Translations under genes and position numbers: made by a program
IMG/VR virus record: IMGVR_UViG_3300021197_001150
Span: 1-55,723 of that record
Strand: one strand, 5' to 3'
Source: a virus
Lineage: Duplodnaviria; Caudoviricetes
DNA length: 55,723 nucleotides
Part shown: piece by piece, positions 39,043 through 49,315 of the stretch
Numbering within the stretch: position 1 is the first letter of the stretch
Layout of the letters: the number at the start of each line of letters is the position of its first letter
Notes under the pieces: model-generated
Told to the model about the DNA's origin: nothing
The model's input: the letters and a program-made list of their open reading frames with translations, nothing else
Databases searched by the model: none

Positions 39043-39453
39043 TTGGATACTGTAGATCTAAATAAGTACAAAAGTTTTGTACAAGAAGTAACATCATTAC
39101 AAAGTAATGAAACAGGTGCCTTAACAGCACAGTTAGAAAAACTTGAAAAAGACAGTAATGTTAACATGGCATTGCTACTAACTGGATCAATTGGGATGGC
39201 ATCAGAAGGAGGCGAATTTGCTGAAATTGTTAAAAAATGTATATTCCAAGGTAAACCTTTGGATGCAGACACAATATTTCATGCTAAACGAGAACTTGGC
39301 GACATCGCTTGGTATTGGATTAACAGTTGTCGTGCTTTGGGTCTTGACCCTAATGACGTCTTAGAAGAAAACGTAAACAAATTGAAGTCAAGATATCCGG
39401 GAGGTGAATTTGATGTACACTTTTCGGAGAATCGCAAAGACGGCGACCTCTAA
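39043..39453 (+). CDS. MazG-like NTP pyrophosphohydrolase
   Basis: SEGGEFAEIVKK, RELGDIAWY, NVNKLKSRYP. Confidence 0.85.
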   Translation: MDTVDLNKYKSFVQEVTSLQSNETGALTAQLEKLEKDSNVNMALLLTGSIGMASEGGEFAEIVKKCIFQGKPLDADTIFHAKRELGDIAWYWINSCRALGLDPNDVLEENVNKLKSRYPGGEFDVHFSENRKDGDL

Positions 39454-39460
39454 AAAACAC

Positions 39461-39489
39461 TTGACAAACGTCCTGTTTGTCTGTATAAT
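39461..39489 (+). promoter_or_regulatory. Sigma70-type promoter, likely leaderless transcript
   Basis: TTGACA-17nt-TATAAT, ATG 7 nt downstream. Confidence 0.8.
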
Positions 39490-39495
39490 AACACT

Positions 39496-39903
39496 ATGAA
39501 TACAGGAATAACATTCTCATCATTTGATTTGTTCCATAGTGGACACGTTGCTATGCTTAAAGAAGCAAGACAAAACTGCGACTTTTTAATAGTAGGAGTA
39601 CAAACTGACCCTACTATTGATAGACCAGAAAAGAATCAACCGATACAGAGTGTGTTTGAAAGATATGTACAACTTGAAGGCTGTAAGTATGTTGATCAAA
39701 TTATTCCTTATGCTACAGAACAAGACTTAATTGATATCTTATTAACTTACCAAATTTGTACTCGTTTTATTGGTGAAGAATATCGTACAAAAGAGTATAC
39801 AGGTAAGCAATTATGTATTGACAACGGCATAGAAATATATTATAATAAAAGGCAACATTCATTTAGTACAAGTGAATTAAGAAAGAGGATAAAACAGGCA
39901 TGA
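39496..39903 (+). CDS. Glycerol-3-phosphate cytidylyltransferase-like (TagD family)
   Basis: FDLFHSGH (HxGH), LIVGVQTD, R..STSELR. Confidence 0.88.
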   Translation: MNTGITFSSFDLFHSGHVAMLKEARQNCDFLIVGVQTDPTIDRPEKNQPIQSVFERYVQLEGCKYVDQIIPYATEQDLIDILLTYQICTRFIGEEYRTKEYTGKQLCIDNGIEIYYNKRQHSFSTSELRKRIKQA

Positions 39904-40814
39904 AAGAATTATGGGTAGAAAAATATCGTCCTAATACAGTTGACGGTTATGTGTTCCGAGATGAACATCAAAAGAATCAAGTAAAACAATGGATCAAAGA
40001 AGGAACGATTCCACATTTACTTTTTAGCGGTAATGCAGGTATTGGTAAGACAACACTTGCAAAACTTTTATTCAATGAACTTGATCTTAACGATTTAGAC
40101 GTCTTAGAAATTAACGCATCAAGAACAAACTCCGTAGAAGATGTACGTGACAAGATTGTAAACTTTGTACAAATGATTCCATTTGGTGACTTTAAAGTTG
40201 TATTACTTGATGAGGCTGATTATCTAAGTCCAAACGCACAAGCGGCGTTGCGTGGTGTGATGGAAGAGTATCATACTACAAGCAGATTTATTTTAACCTG
40301 TAACTACCCTAACAGAATTATTCCTGCATTGCATAGTAGATGTCAAGGCTTTCATATTGAACGTATTGATCAAAATGAATTTACGGCTCGTGTAGCAAAG
40401 ATTCTAATTGATGAAGGTGTTACTCCAGACTTAGACACACTTGATACGTATGTAAAGGCAACATATCCAGACTTGCGTAAGTGTATCAACACAGTACAAA
40501 TGAATAGTGCAGACGGTGTGCTTAACAAACCTACTGATGGTGACACTGGCGAAGCAGATTATAAGATTGAGATGGTTGAACTGTTTAAAGCAGGTAAGAT
40601 TGGTCAAGCAAGGAAACTTGTTTGTAGTCAAGTACGTCCAGATGAAGTAGAAGATATTTACAAATGGATGTATGATAACATTGCATTGTTCGGTGATGAA
40701 GAAAAACAAGAGAGTGCAATACTTGTGATTAAACAAGGCTTGGTGGATCATACACTTGTTGCAGATCCTGAGATTAATTTAGCGGCGACCATGATTAGGT
40801 TAGCACGTTTATAA
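39900..40814 (+). CDS. Clamp loader AAA+ subunit (RFC small subunit / T4 gp44-like)
   Basis: [28 protein letters not shown]. Confidence 0.93.
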   Translation: MKELWVEKYRPNTVDGYVFRDEHQKNQVKQWIKEGTIPHLLFSGNAGIGKTTLAKLLFNELDLNDLDVLEINASRTNSVEDVRDKIVNFVQMIPFGDFKVVLLDEADYLSPNAQAALRGVMEEYHTTSRFILTCNYPNRIIPALHSRCQGFHIERIDQNEFTARVAKILIDEGVTPDLDTLDTYVKATYPDLRKCINTVQMNSADGVLNKPTDGDTGEADYKIEMVELFKAGKIGQARKLVCSQVRPDEVEDIYKWMYDNIALFGDEEKQESAILVIKQGLVDHTLVADPEINLAATMIRLARL

Positions 40815-40831
40815 ACTTAATAAGTAGTAAT

Positions 40832-41176
40832 ATGACATACCTTGTAAATGAAAATTGTGTAAAGTGTAAGCACATGGACTGCGTAGAAGTTTGTCCAGTA
40901 GATTGTTTTTACGAAGGTGAAAACATGCTTGTTATTAATCCTGATGAATGTATTGACTGTGGAGTATGTGTTCCCGAATGTCCTGTAGATGCAATTATTA
41001 CAGATACAGAAGATACAGACCAACGATGGTTTAAAATTAATCAAGAATACGCAGACATTTGGCCTAATATTACTGAGAAAGATGATAATGCTGTTCCGGA
41101 AGATGCAGAAGATTATGCCGGAGTTCCAGATAAGTTTAACAAATATTTCTCTCCGAAACCTGGGGCAGGGGAATGA
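40832..41176 (+). CDS. fdxA: 7Fe ferredoxin FdxA
   Basis: [18 protein letters not shown] and [12 protein letters not shown]. Confidence 0.93.
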   Translation: MTYLVNENCVKCKHMDCVEVCPVDCFYEGENMLVINPDECIDCGVCVPECPVDAIITDTEDTDQRWFKINQEYADIWPNITEKDDNAVPEDAEDYAGVPDKFNKYFSPKPGAGE

Positions 41177-41514
41177 GCATAAAAATACAAAAACTTAGAG
41201 CAAGTCATATTTTAATTAGTCATCAAGGTGCTACTGCACAAACAAGTAATCGTCCCAAGCCAGCGGCAGAACAAGAAGCAGGATTTATTATTCAAGATAT
41301 TATAGAAGGTGTACTAACTTTTGACCAAGCCGCAAAAGAACATAGTGCTTGTAGAAAAAGTGCAAAGAATGGTGGCGACTTAGGGTGGTTTGATTATCCA
41401 GGAGACATGGAATACGAGATTGCTAAACCTATAAGTGGAATAAACAAAGATGAAATGCTTACATTCCCAATTGAAACTGAATACGGGTATCACGTATTAT
41501 TAAGGACGGGATAG
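41173..41514 (+). CDS. ppiC: Parvulin-type peptidyl-prolyl isomerase
   Basis: [29 protein letters not shown]. Confidence 0.92.
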   Translation: MSIKIQKLRASHILISHQGATAQTSNRPKPAAEQEAGFIIQDIIEGVLTFDQAAKEHSACRKSAKNGGDLGWFDYPGDMEYEIAKPISGINKDEMLTFPIETEYGYHVLLRTG

Positions 41515-42093
41515 TTGGAAGACTTTTTTCAAGTAACACCATTAATATCACAAGAAGAATTTGATGTAATACAAGTAAGTTACAACAAAGCCGATACACT
41601 TAATCCTATACTCGAAGAAAAAATACGTAGTATGGGTGACGAGATGGGTCATAGAAGCAACGTAAAAGCCGATATGACTGACTTTAGACTTTACGAAGAC
41701 CCTGACTTTAAAAAGATTTGCGACTTTGCTATATTACAATCTATTAATAGTATAGAAGGATTAAGTCAACGTGGCGCACAAATGATGCGTTGGAGTATTA
41801 TTGATTGTTGGGGAATGGTTTATAAAAATCAAGAAGGACATCACACTGTAGAACATGCACACTGGCCTGCTACATTTAGTTTTGTGTATTATGTAAATGC
41901 CTGTGAGAAATGTTCTCCATTACAATTTACAAGATCAAATTTCAAAGTAAAACCGAGAAGTGGTTTAATGGTTTTATTCCCTGGTAATACAAGTCACAAC
42001 GTACCACATCAAAATTGTGATCATGATAGAGTTGCAATATCAGGAAATATTAGTGCAACAATAAACAAAGAGGAACAGGAACATGCAAGTTAA
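41515..42093 (+). CDS. 2OG-Fe(II) oxygenase
   Basis: HAHWPATFSFVYYV, LFPGNTSH, RVAISGN. Confidence 0.8.
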   Translation: MEDFFQVTPLISQEEFDVIQVSYNKADTLNPILEEKIRSMGDEMGHRSNVKADMTDFRLYEDPDFKKICDFAILQSINSIEGLSQRGAQMMRWSIIDCWGMVYKNQEGHHTVEHAHWPATFSFVYYVNACEKCSPLQFTRSNFKVKPRSGLMVLFPGNTSHNVPHQNCDHDRVAISGNISATINKEEQEHAS

Positions 42094-42745
42094 GTTAGTA
42101 AGTTATTCAAAGCCTACTGAAGATTATAAAGACGATTTACACAATGTACAAGACCTTATTGCGTTTTGTGCCAGAGTAAGTAACCCAAGCAATCAAATGA
42201 ATAAAGAAACTAATGAAAGACTTATCAAATATCTGATTAAACATCAACATTGGTCACCATTAGAGATGGTTAGTGCTTGTTTAGAAATACAAACTACAAG
42301 AGATATTGCACACCAGATTGTAAGACATAGAAGTTTTAGTTTCCAGGAGTTTAGTCAACGTTATGCTGATCCTAAAGAACAAGGCGACATGTTTGAATAC
42401 TCAGAAGCACGATTACAAGATCCAAAGAACAGGCAGAATTCAATCCAAACAGACGATGCGGCATTACAACTTGATTGGTTACATGCACAAATGCGTATTG
42501 CACACTTGGCTAAGAAAGAATACGATTGGGCAATTAAAAAAGGTATTGCTAAAGAACAAGCACGTAAAGTATTACCAGAAGGTATTACAAAAACTACATT
42601 GTACATGAATGGTTCTTTACGTAGTTGGGTGCATTATATTGAATTACGTGGCGCTAATGGCACACAAAAAGAACATATGGACATTGCACATGCCTGTGCC
42701 AAAGTAATAGCCACAATATTTCCGCTTGTTGAAAACCTCCAATAA
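42083..42745 (+). CDS. thyX: Flavin-dependent thymidylate synthase
   Basis: HWSPLE, RHRSFSFQEFSQRY, ARKVLP. Confidence 0.96.
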   Translation: MQVKLVSYSKPTEDYKDDLHNVQDLIAFCARVSNPSNQMNKETNERLIKYLIKHQHWSPLEMVSACLEIQTTRDIAHQIVRHRSFSFQEFSQRYADPKEQGDMFEYSEARLQDPKNRQNSIQTDDAALQLDWLHAQMRIAHLAKKEYDWAIKKGIAKEQARKVLPEGITKTTLYMNGSLRSWVHYIELRGANGTQKEHMDIAHACAKVIATIFPLVENLQ

Positions 42746-42753
42746 GTAGTTAT

Positions 42754-43524
42754 ATGTTCAAATTCATAAAAAGTCTCTTTGTTAAAGAAACACCTGTGAT
42801 CAATTTTGCTTGTGCAAATTGGGGAGTACGTAAGTATGCTCCAATACAACCAGCAGGCAAATTTTTTCCAGAAAAGTTTAAAGCAATGAGTCCTTACTAT
42901 GAAAAAGGACAACACAACATAGATCATCATAAAACTGTTAGATCATGTCCTGGTATTACAGATTATATGAGTATGGGATTTGTTATTCCTGCATTCTGTG
43001 ATATTGAGATTACTCCAACACCAGATGGAAAACATATAGAAACACGTTATAGTGAACCTACTTATAATGATGCTTATCATCCTCATGAACAGTTAGGTGA
43101 ATTTCTAAATAAAAAGTTTCCTGTTAGAGGTGCAATTAAATTAGACAATCCGTGGTTTACATGGAACAAAGTTGGGTACAGTACATTGTATCTTCCAATG
43201 TATTACCATGAAGGGAAGAACTGGGAAGCAGTTCCAGGAGTAATGGATCACGATACAGGTGCTCCACAAAGTCCTATTAATATTATGTTAAAAGAAAATA
43301 AACCCACTATGATTAAAATGGGTGAACCATTAGTGCAAGTTATACCTTTCAAACGTGAAACACAAGTTGCAAGAACATTTGAACTTGACGAAACTGTTAT
43401 TAAACGTCACCGTGCCATATCCAGCCTACATAATATTACATACGCAGGCTGGATTAAGTGGGTCAAGCAAAAGAAATATTATACTGTTGACGCTCACGAT
43501 ACCGATTTACCCGGCGATCAATAA
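42754..43524 (+). CDS. Hypothetical phage protein
   Basis: TVRSCPGITD, K..NPW, GEPLVQVIPFKRE motifs. Confidence 0.75.
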   Translation: MFKFIKSLFVKETPVINFACANWGVRKYAPIQPAGKFFPEKFKAMSPYYEKGQHNIDHHKTVRSCPGITDYMSMGFVIPAFCDIEITPTPDGKHIETRYSEPTYNDAYHPHEQLGEFLNKKFPVRGAIKLDNPWFTWNKVGYSTLYLPMYYHEGKNWEAVPGVMDHDTGAPQSPINIMLKENKPTMIKMGEPLVQVIPFKRETQVARTFELDETVIKRHRAISSLHNITYAGWIKWVKQKKYYTVDAHDTDLPGDQ

Positions 43525-44249
43525 ACATCTCCATATATTTCAAGTACTTCTTTCACTGCCTCGTGTCTTTCAATATCCCCTCGTTGGAATTCGACAACTG
43601 TTAGTCGGTCTGTAGTACCTTTGTTTTCTACATGTCTACAAAAATCTATGAGTCCGTTATCAGCAAGTCTATCTGCTTGTGCAAGATCACCAGTAACTGC
43701 CATTTTACTTCCAGTACCTAATCTTGTTAATAACATTTTCATTTGATTTTGTGTAGCATTTTGCATTTCGTCAGCAACTATAAATGCTTTCTTAAATGTT
43801 CTACCACGCATGTAGGCTAAAGGTGCAATTTCAAGTACACCCTCTTGCGTCATACCTTCGAGATCTGTTGCTGTGAAGTATTCTTTTAGTACATCAAAGA
43901 TCGGCCGTGTCCATGGTGCCATTTTTTGCTCCATAGTACCCGGTAAAAATCCGAGATCTTCATCTGCACTTACAGCAGGCCTCGTTACGACTATCTTATC
44001 TACTGCCCCTTCTTTAAACTGTTTAACCGCGGTTTGTACTGCCAACAGAGTTTTGCCTGTTCCTGCCGGCCCTATGCCAAAGACTATGTCCTTCTTAGGG
44101 TCTAACAGTTTCAGTACGTATGTTTCTTGGTTAATGTTTCGGGGTAGTATTTTGACTTCTTTTTTCTTCTGTGGAAGAAAGTTGTTGATTGCAACAATGT
44201 TATTCTCGTTGCGTTGTTTACTCTTTCGAGCACTTCTTTTTGCACCCAT
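43518..44249 (-). CDS. phoH: PhoH-like ATPase
   Basis: GPAGTGKT, LGFLPG, YMRGRTF, DEMQN, TGDLAQAD. Confidence 0.95.
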   Translation of the reverse strand: MGAKRSARKSKQRNENNIVAINNFLPQKKKEVKILPRNINQETYVLKLLDPKKDIVFGIGPAGTGKTLLAVQTAVKQFKEGAVDKIVVTRPAVSADEDLGFLPGTMEQKMAPWTRPIFDVLKEYFTATDLEGMTQEGVLEIAPLAYMRGRTFKKAFIVADEMQNATQNQMKMLLTRLGTGSKMAVTGDLAQADRLADNGLIDFCRHVENKGTTDRLTVVEFQRGDIERHEAVKEVLEIYGDVY

Positions 44250-44387
44250 TAAGTTCTCCTTTTATGAAATACAAACTATTCGTAGGATCCCTTCCCTACA
44301 AAAATATTTAGCGATATATCTCGTGACAAAACCACATACTTATAATCCTAAACCTGATAAATAAGTGTATAAGATTGGAAAGAGCAT

Positions 44388-44930
44388 ATGAAAGACGTAT
44401 TAGAAGTTATACAAAATATTCAAGGTATCTACGAAAGCGATACTGCATTTACGGTGCTTAAAGACTTTGAAAGAGTCTTAGACGAGTTAGATCTATATGT
44501 GTACGAGAACTGGGAAGATGGCGAATTAGTTGCTGGTCCTAAGATTGGTAGACATTGGGTTACTTGTGCATTTATGTGGCCAAGAGATACTATGCCTGAC
44601 CCAATGGGCGGTAAACGTCTATTAGATTACGACTGTAAAGTTTCGTACAAAAAAGACCATATACTGGAACCAAGAAGAATTCGTAAGCCAGAAGATATTC
44701 GTCCTGGCACTAAAAAAGGCAAACTTGACCGCAGAGAGATTTGGGTCGTAGAAATTAACATGCCTAAAAAACTTATTGTAGACATTTATAGCGGATATAA
44801 TGAGATGATTGATATTAATACTGAGCCCGGACAAGCACCAGGTGCCGCACCAGAGGCTGAGCCAGCAGAAGCAGGCGTTGAAGCAGGTACAGGTGCAGGA
44901 GCAGAAATGCCAGCAGAAGGTGCAGTATAA
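44388..44930 (+). CDS. Hypothetical jumbo-phage late protein
   Basis: LKDFERVLDELDLYVYENW, MPDPMGG; GATAAATA at 44356. Confidence 0.8.
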   Translation: MKDVLEVIQNIQGIYESDTAFTVLKDFERVLDELDLYVYENWEDGELVAGPKIGRHWVTCAFMWPRDTMPDPMGGKRLLDYDCKVSYKKDHILEPRRIRKPEDIRPGTKKGKLDRREIWVVEINMPKKLIVDIYSGYNEMIDINTEPGQAPGAAPEAEPAEAGVEAGTGAGAEMPAEGAV

Positions 44931-45640
44931 TGGGACTTCGCAAAGATGATTTAATCGACCTTGTTGATCGTATTTTTGAGATTGATAGTTTTAAATCTAA
45001 AATGGGCGACGATAAAGACATTTGTGTTTTAAGTTTCTCAACTAAGAACGAAGGTAGTGCAAAAGACTTAGAAAACTTTGTTGAAAAAGGATATCCATTT
45101 GTACTTGATGCTGATGCTACTAACGGTGAGCAACGTGATGGTATGTATAAAGTATTCATTGAAGTTGAAAGAAGTAAAGACACTCCAAGTCAGATACATG
45201 AAATAGTAGACGGAGTAACAAAGATTTCCGGTTTAGACGGTATGAAATTTAGATATTACAAAGGCTTTAAGAGTCAAGATTGTAATGAGGCTAACTTAGC
45301 CGAAATGGTCCCAACAGATCATAATGCATATGAAATCAAAGTTAATGAAAGTAATATGGATAACTATAAAAACTTCTTTAGCAAGAGCTATGCTGAAGAA
45401 ATTGATATTATAAACGAGAGCCAATTACGTATTAAGAATACATATATGGATCCAATTTATCTCAATATAGTGGAGTTTGGTCCCAATGAGAAGGTAAATA
45501 TCAATGAGTCATTAGATGTCAACGGCTTCGCTGAAGTCATCTACTTAACAAAGTACTTAGGTGATTATGACATCACAAAGTACGGTAAAAAATTGGTACT
45601 TGAAAACAATGGGTACTCACTAATTTGTAAAAGAGGATAA
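44930..45640 (+). CDS. Hypothetical phage protein
   Basis: IDSFKSKMGDD...AKDLENFVEKGY; TAATG coupling. Confidence 0.8.
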   Translation: MGLRKDDLIDLVDRIFEIDSFKSKMGDDKDICVLSFSTKNEGSAKDLENFVEKGYPFVLDADATNGEQRDGMYKVFIEVERSKDTPSQIHEIVDGVTKISGLDGMKFRYYKGFKSQDCNEANLAEMVPTDHNAYEIKVNESNMDNYKNFFSKSYAEEIDIINESQLRIKNTYMDPIYLNIVEFGPNEKVNINESLDVNGFAEVIYLTKYLGDYDITKYGKKLVLENNGYSLICKRG

Positions 45641-45646
45641 ACACAA

Positions 45647-46174
45647 ATGGCAAAAGACAATTTTAAAACATGTTTAGAAATTATTCTACATCATGAAGGC
45701 GGTTATGTTGATCACCCTAAAGATCCAGGTGGCGCAACTAACTTAGGCGTTACTAAACAAACTTACGAAGATTGGACGGGTAAGGTTGTTACTAAAGATA
45801 GAATTAAAGAATTAACTGTTGACGATGTTACTCCAATTTATAAGAAAAATTATTGGAAAGCAATCTTAGCAGATGATATTCCAGCAGGTTTAGACTTATG
45901 TGTATTTGACATGTGTGTAAACGGCGGACGTCACCGTGCAACTAAATTCTTACAGAAGATGGTTGGTTCTAAAATAGACGGGTGGATTGGCCCTAACACA
46001 ATCAAGATGACTCAAGGTTATTGCGAAGCGAAAGGCGTAACCCACGCTATCAAAGAATACCAGCAAATTAGACAAGACTTTTATGAGTCACTTAAAACTT
46101 TTGAAACGTTTGGTAGAGGATGGACACGCAGAGTAAACGAGACCAGAGAAACAGCGATCGCTCAAGCCAAGTAA
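45647..46174 (+). CDS. Endolysin, glycoside hydrolase family 108 with PG-binding C-terminus
   Basis: HEGGYVDHPKDPGGATNLGVT, DG.IGP.T, FGRGWTRR. Confidence 0.92.
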   Translation: MAKDNFKTCLEIILHHEGGYVDHPKDPGGATNLGVTKQTYEDWTGKVVTKDRIKELTVDDVTPIYKKNYWKAILADDIPAGLDLCVFDMCVNGGRHRATKFLQKMVGSKIDGWIGPNTIKMTQGYCEAKGVTHAIKEYQQIRQDFYESLKTFETFGRGWTRRVNETRETAIAQAK

Positions 46175-46281
46175 GTTGTAAAAACTGCGGCCACGAGTAT
46201 CACGAAGGACCTTTGTTTAAAGAAATGACAGATGGTGACAATAAAGTCATCACTATTAAAGTTTGTGACCAGGGAAGATAA
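46120..46281 (+). CDS. Small Cys/His metal-binding protein (not in ORF track; start uncertain)
   Basis: CKNCGHEYH...VC; fills the gap between endolysin and i-spanin, TAA abuts next ATG. Confidence 0.5.
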   Translation: MDTQSKRDQRNSDRSSQVSCKNCGHEYHEGPLFKEMTDGDNKVITIKVCDQGR

Positions 46282-46767
46282 ATGTTTAGTTCAATTAAAA
46301 TAGCAGTAGTACTAATGATGTTGGCAGGTGCCGGCGGTGGTGTTATGTATGTAAAGAATCTAAAAGCAGACTTGGCTACATCAGAAGCAAATAATCTTAA
46401 ATTAGAACAAAGTGTTGAAAGTCAAAAGGTTGTGATAGAACAACAGGCTAATGACTTCAAAGCAATTCTTATTGCTAATCAAGAACTTGAAAAAACAAAT
46501 AAAACACTTGCCGCAGAGTTTACTGCTTTAGATAAGCGTTTTAATAAAATTAATTCAAAAGGTGAAGTAAGAGATTTAGGCGACCTTGCTGTTAAAAGAA
46601 CAAAACCAATCGAACGTGTTCTTAATAATGCAACTAAGAAAGCATTGCGATGTGTAGAAATTGCAATGGGATCACCATTAACAGAAAAAGAGATTAACGC
46701 TACTAAGAAATCAGAAGCAAACACAGAGTGTCCAAGTATAGCGAACCCAAATTATGTACCATATTAA
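46282..46767 (+). CDS. Putative i-spanin (Rz-like)
   Basis: N-terminal TM, long coiled coil, C-terminal Cys; follows endolysin. Confidence 0.7.
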   Translation: MFSSIKIAVVLMMLAGAGGGVMYVKNLKADLATSEANNLKLEQSVESQKVVIEQQANDFKAILIANQELEKTNKTLAAEFTALDKRFNKINSKGEVRDLGDLAVKRTKPIERVLNNATKKALRCVEIAMGSPLTEKEINATKKSEANTECPSIANPNYVPY

Positions 46768-47119
46768 AAATATATTAATCATTAGTTTACTTGCTATCAT
46801 AGTAAGTGGTTGTTCAAGTGTAAGAGAACTAAAAATCTTTGAAACGGAAGTTCCAAGAGCACCTCTTAATTTGCCACATCCAGAAGCGGCTAAGATGGAA
46901 CCACTACAATGGGTAATCATTACAAGTGAAAACGCAGAAGAAGTATTTGCTAAACTAAAAGAACAAGGCAAAGATCCTGTACTATTTGGTTTAAGCGACA
47001 AAGACTACGAATTCCTTTCTAAAAACTTTGCACAAATACGTGCATACATGATCAAGCAAAGACAAGTAATAAACGAATATAAAGAATATTACGAACCTGA
47101 AACTACTAAAGAAGAGTAG
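46754..47119 (+). CDS. Putative o-spanin lipoprotein (Rz1-like)
   Basis: Lipobox IVSG-C, Pro-rich segment, overlaps i-spanin 3' end. Confidence 0.72.
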   Translation: MYHIKNILIISLLAIIVSGCSSVRELKIFETEVPRAPLNLPHPEAAKMEPLQWVIITSENAEEVFAKLKEQGKDPVLFGLSDKDYEFLSKNFAQIRAYMIKQRQVINEYKEYYEPETTKEE

Positions 47120-47286
47120 TGAAACTTACATTCATAGTGTTGGTATTCATAGTACTGACTGGGTGTTCAACTAAGTCGTGTAAAGTAAAACCCGGCGTTG
47201 ATATAGATGTTGAAAACATACAAACTATAGATGATCTTAAAAATCCTAACGTAACTCCTAAAGCAGAACTTGGGTGTTCTTTCTAA
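47119..47286 (+). CDS. Small lipoprotein (55 aa, not in ORF track)
   Basis: GTG start overlapping previous stop; MKLTFIVLVFIVLTG-C lipobox. Confidence 0.6.
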   Translation: MKLTFIVLVFIVLTGCSTKSCKVKPGVDIDVENIQTIDDLKNPNVTPKAELGCSF

Positions 47287-47325
47287 ATAATCGATAAATA
47301 CTAACATAATAAAGAGGGTATAATT

Positions 47326-47607
47326 ATGTGGGATTTAATAGAAAGAATGGCGAGCGATCGTCTGTGGATTTACACTGCACTCGTGGGGTCACTATTTGGT
47401 CTTGCATTTTCAACATACATCAAAGGCACACGAATTGGCCTATGGGCATATGCTAAATTTGATTTAGCAGTTGACTATTTGGTGCAAAGATGGGGGTGGA
47501 CTTGGTTACAACAACCTAAAGATGCTTGGCGTAAAAAGTATCCACACGTAACAAAGAAAATTGATGAGTTAGAGACTCGTCTTAAAAAATTAGAGGGTAA
47601 AAAATAA
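47326..47607 (+). CDS. Membrane protein, hypothetical
   Basis: One TM; GATAAATA at 47293. Confidence 0.7.
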   Translation: MWDLIERMASDRLWIYTALVGSLFGLAFSTYIKGTRIGLWAYAKFDLAVDYLVQRWGWTWLQQPKDAWRKKYPHVTKKIDELETRLKKLEGKK

Positions 47608-47918
47608 TGGCTGATGATATAAAGGTTGCAGAACCTAAACAAAAAATTACAGTAGATTTAGAAGTAGACACAAGTATAAAAGACTTAGGCGTTAACCCAT
47701 ACGCAAAATTAATACATATGGCAAGAGCAGTTGATGCTTGGAGAATCTTTCCAAGATTATTCTTAACTGTTTACATTGTATTACTATACAAGTGCGTAAT
47801 TTGGTACATGAACTTACCTGCTCCTACTATGGAACAATCAGGTTTAATTAGTATCGTAGTTGGTGCTGGCGCGGCTTGGTTTGGTCTTTACACTGGTACA
47901 TCTAAAAGTAAAAAGTAA
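47607..47918 (+). CDS. Holin-like membrane protein
   Basis: DAWRIFPR then two TM helices, basic C-terminus; near endolysin. Confidence 0.5.
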   Translation: MADDIKVAEPKQKITVDLEVDTSIKDLGVNPYAKLIHMARAVDAWRIFPRLFLTVYIVLLYKCVIWYMNLPAPTMEQSGLISIVVGAGAAWFGLYTGTSKSKK

Positions 47919-47943
47919 GTAATACCTTCCAACAAAATACTTC

Positions 47944-47972
47944 TTGACTTTCGTCTAAAATAAGTATATAAT
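47944..47972 (+). promoter_or_regulatory. Sigma70-type promoter, likely leaderless transcript
   Basis: TTGACT-17nt-TATAAT, ATG 7 nt downstream. Confidence 0.75.
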
Positions 47973-47978
47973 AGTGCT

Positions 47979-48794
47979 ATGGATTATTATGAAGTTTTAG
48001 GCGTTCCAAGAAACGCATCCGAAAAAGATTTAAAGTCAGCATACAAGAAATTGAGTATGCAACACCACCCTGACAGGACTGGTGGTGACGATTCACGATT
48101 CAAACAAATCAATGAAGCATATAGTACTTTAAAAGATCCACAAAAAAGACAGCAATACGATAATCCTCAACCACAATATTCACAAGGATTTGGTCCAGGT
48201 GGCTTTGAAGGAATGGGAGGGTTTGAAGATTTATTTACACAAGCATTTGGACAAGGCTTTCAACAGCAACAACGTAGACCGCAACGTAATTCAAATGTAA
48301 CTATAGCATGTGATATTACATTAGCAGAAGTATACTCAGGTAAAGGTGTAATTGCTACATTTAGAACAAGAAGTGGTAAAGAACAAACTGTTAACATTGA
48401 TATTCCTAAAGGATCAAGACACGGCGACATTATTAACTATAACGGCTTAGGTGATGATAGTATACAACAGTTACCAAAAGGTGACCTCCATGTAAAAGTT
48501 CGTATATTGCGTCATCCAAACTTTGATGTAAACGGATTTGACCTGCACACACAAACAGAAATTGGAGTATTTGATTTGATATTAGGTACTGCCACAAATT
48601 TAAGTTTGCCCAACGGACGTACTATAAGTATTAATGTTCCACAAGGCACACAACCAGGCACTACATTAAGCATACACGGACAAGGTCTCCCAAACTATAA
48701 TACAGGTCAAGCAGGAAACGTATATCTAAATATAAGAGGTATAGTTCCTAAGAACTTAACAGACGAACAAAAAGATATATTAAGGAAGTTATGA
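47979..48794 (+). CDS. dnaJ: DnaJ/CbpA-type co-chaperone (no Zn finger)
   Basis: DYYEVLGV, HPD, G/F-rich linker, C-terminal GDL/G.GLP. Confidence 0.93.
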   Translation: MDYYEVLGVPRNASEKDLKSAYKKLSMQHHPDRTGGDDSRFKQINEAYSTLKDPQKRQQYDNPQPQYSQGFGPGGFEGMGGFEDLFTQAFGQGFQQQQRRPQRNSNVTIACDITLAEVYSGKGVIATFRTRSGKEQTVNIDIPKGSRHGDIINYNGLGDDSIQQLPKGDLHVKVRILRHPNFDVNGFDLHTQTEIGVFDLILGTATNLSLPNGRTISINVPQGTQPGTTLSIHGQGLPNYNTGQAGNVYLNIRGIVPKNLTDEQKDILRKL

Positions 48795-49315
48795 AATTAA
48801 AATTAGTATTACACCCAAATGAATGGTTAGAGAAACAAGTTAAGCCTTTTGATTTTAATAGTCTTGATGCCAAAGATGTTGAGAAACAAATGATTGATAT
48901 TATGGATAAGAATGCAGGAGTTGGTCTAAGTGCTAACCAAGTTGGTCTTGATGGACAAGTTTTTATTTTAAAGCCACACGAAATGGAAGGCTTTGATGAA
49001 CCGTTTGCACTATTCAATCCCGAAGTTGTTAAAATAGATGATAGGGTTATTGAAGGTGAAGAAGGCTGTTTAAGTTATCCAGGTTTATACTTTAAAGTTA
49101 AACGTGCAACTGCTTTGGTTGCCAAGTATCTTGACTCTAACGGCAAAGAGTGTACAATAGAGTTTGTAGGTTATAATGCAAGGATCTTTCAACATGAATA
49201 TGATCATTTACAAGGCATAAACTTTACAGATAGAGTAAGTAAACTTAGATTAGATATGGCTAAGAAGAAACAACAAAAATTATTTAAAAAATATAAGGTG
49301 GATGTTAAATGGTAG
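48791..49315 (+). CDS. def: Peptide deformylase
   Basis: GVGLSANQVG, EGCLS, QHEYDHLQG. Confidence 0.95.
   Translation: MKLKLVLHPNEWLEKQVKPFDFNSLDAKDVEKQMIDIMDKNAGVGLSANQVGLDGQVFILKPHEMEGFDEPFALFNPEVVKIDDRVIEGEEGCLSYPGLYFKVKRATALVAKYLDSNGKECTIEFVGYNARIFQHEYDHLQGINFTDRVSKLRLDMAKKKQQKLFKKYKVDVKW

Noticed and set aside
44281-44300. Hairpin GTAGG/CCTAC in the phoH leader as a riboswitch
   Set aside because: Single short stem with no recognisable aptamer consensus
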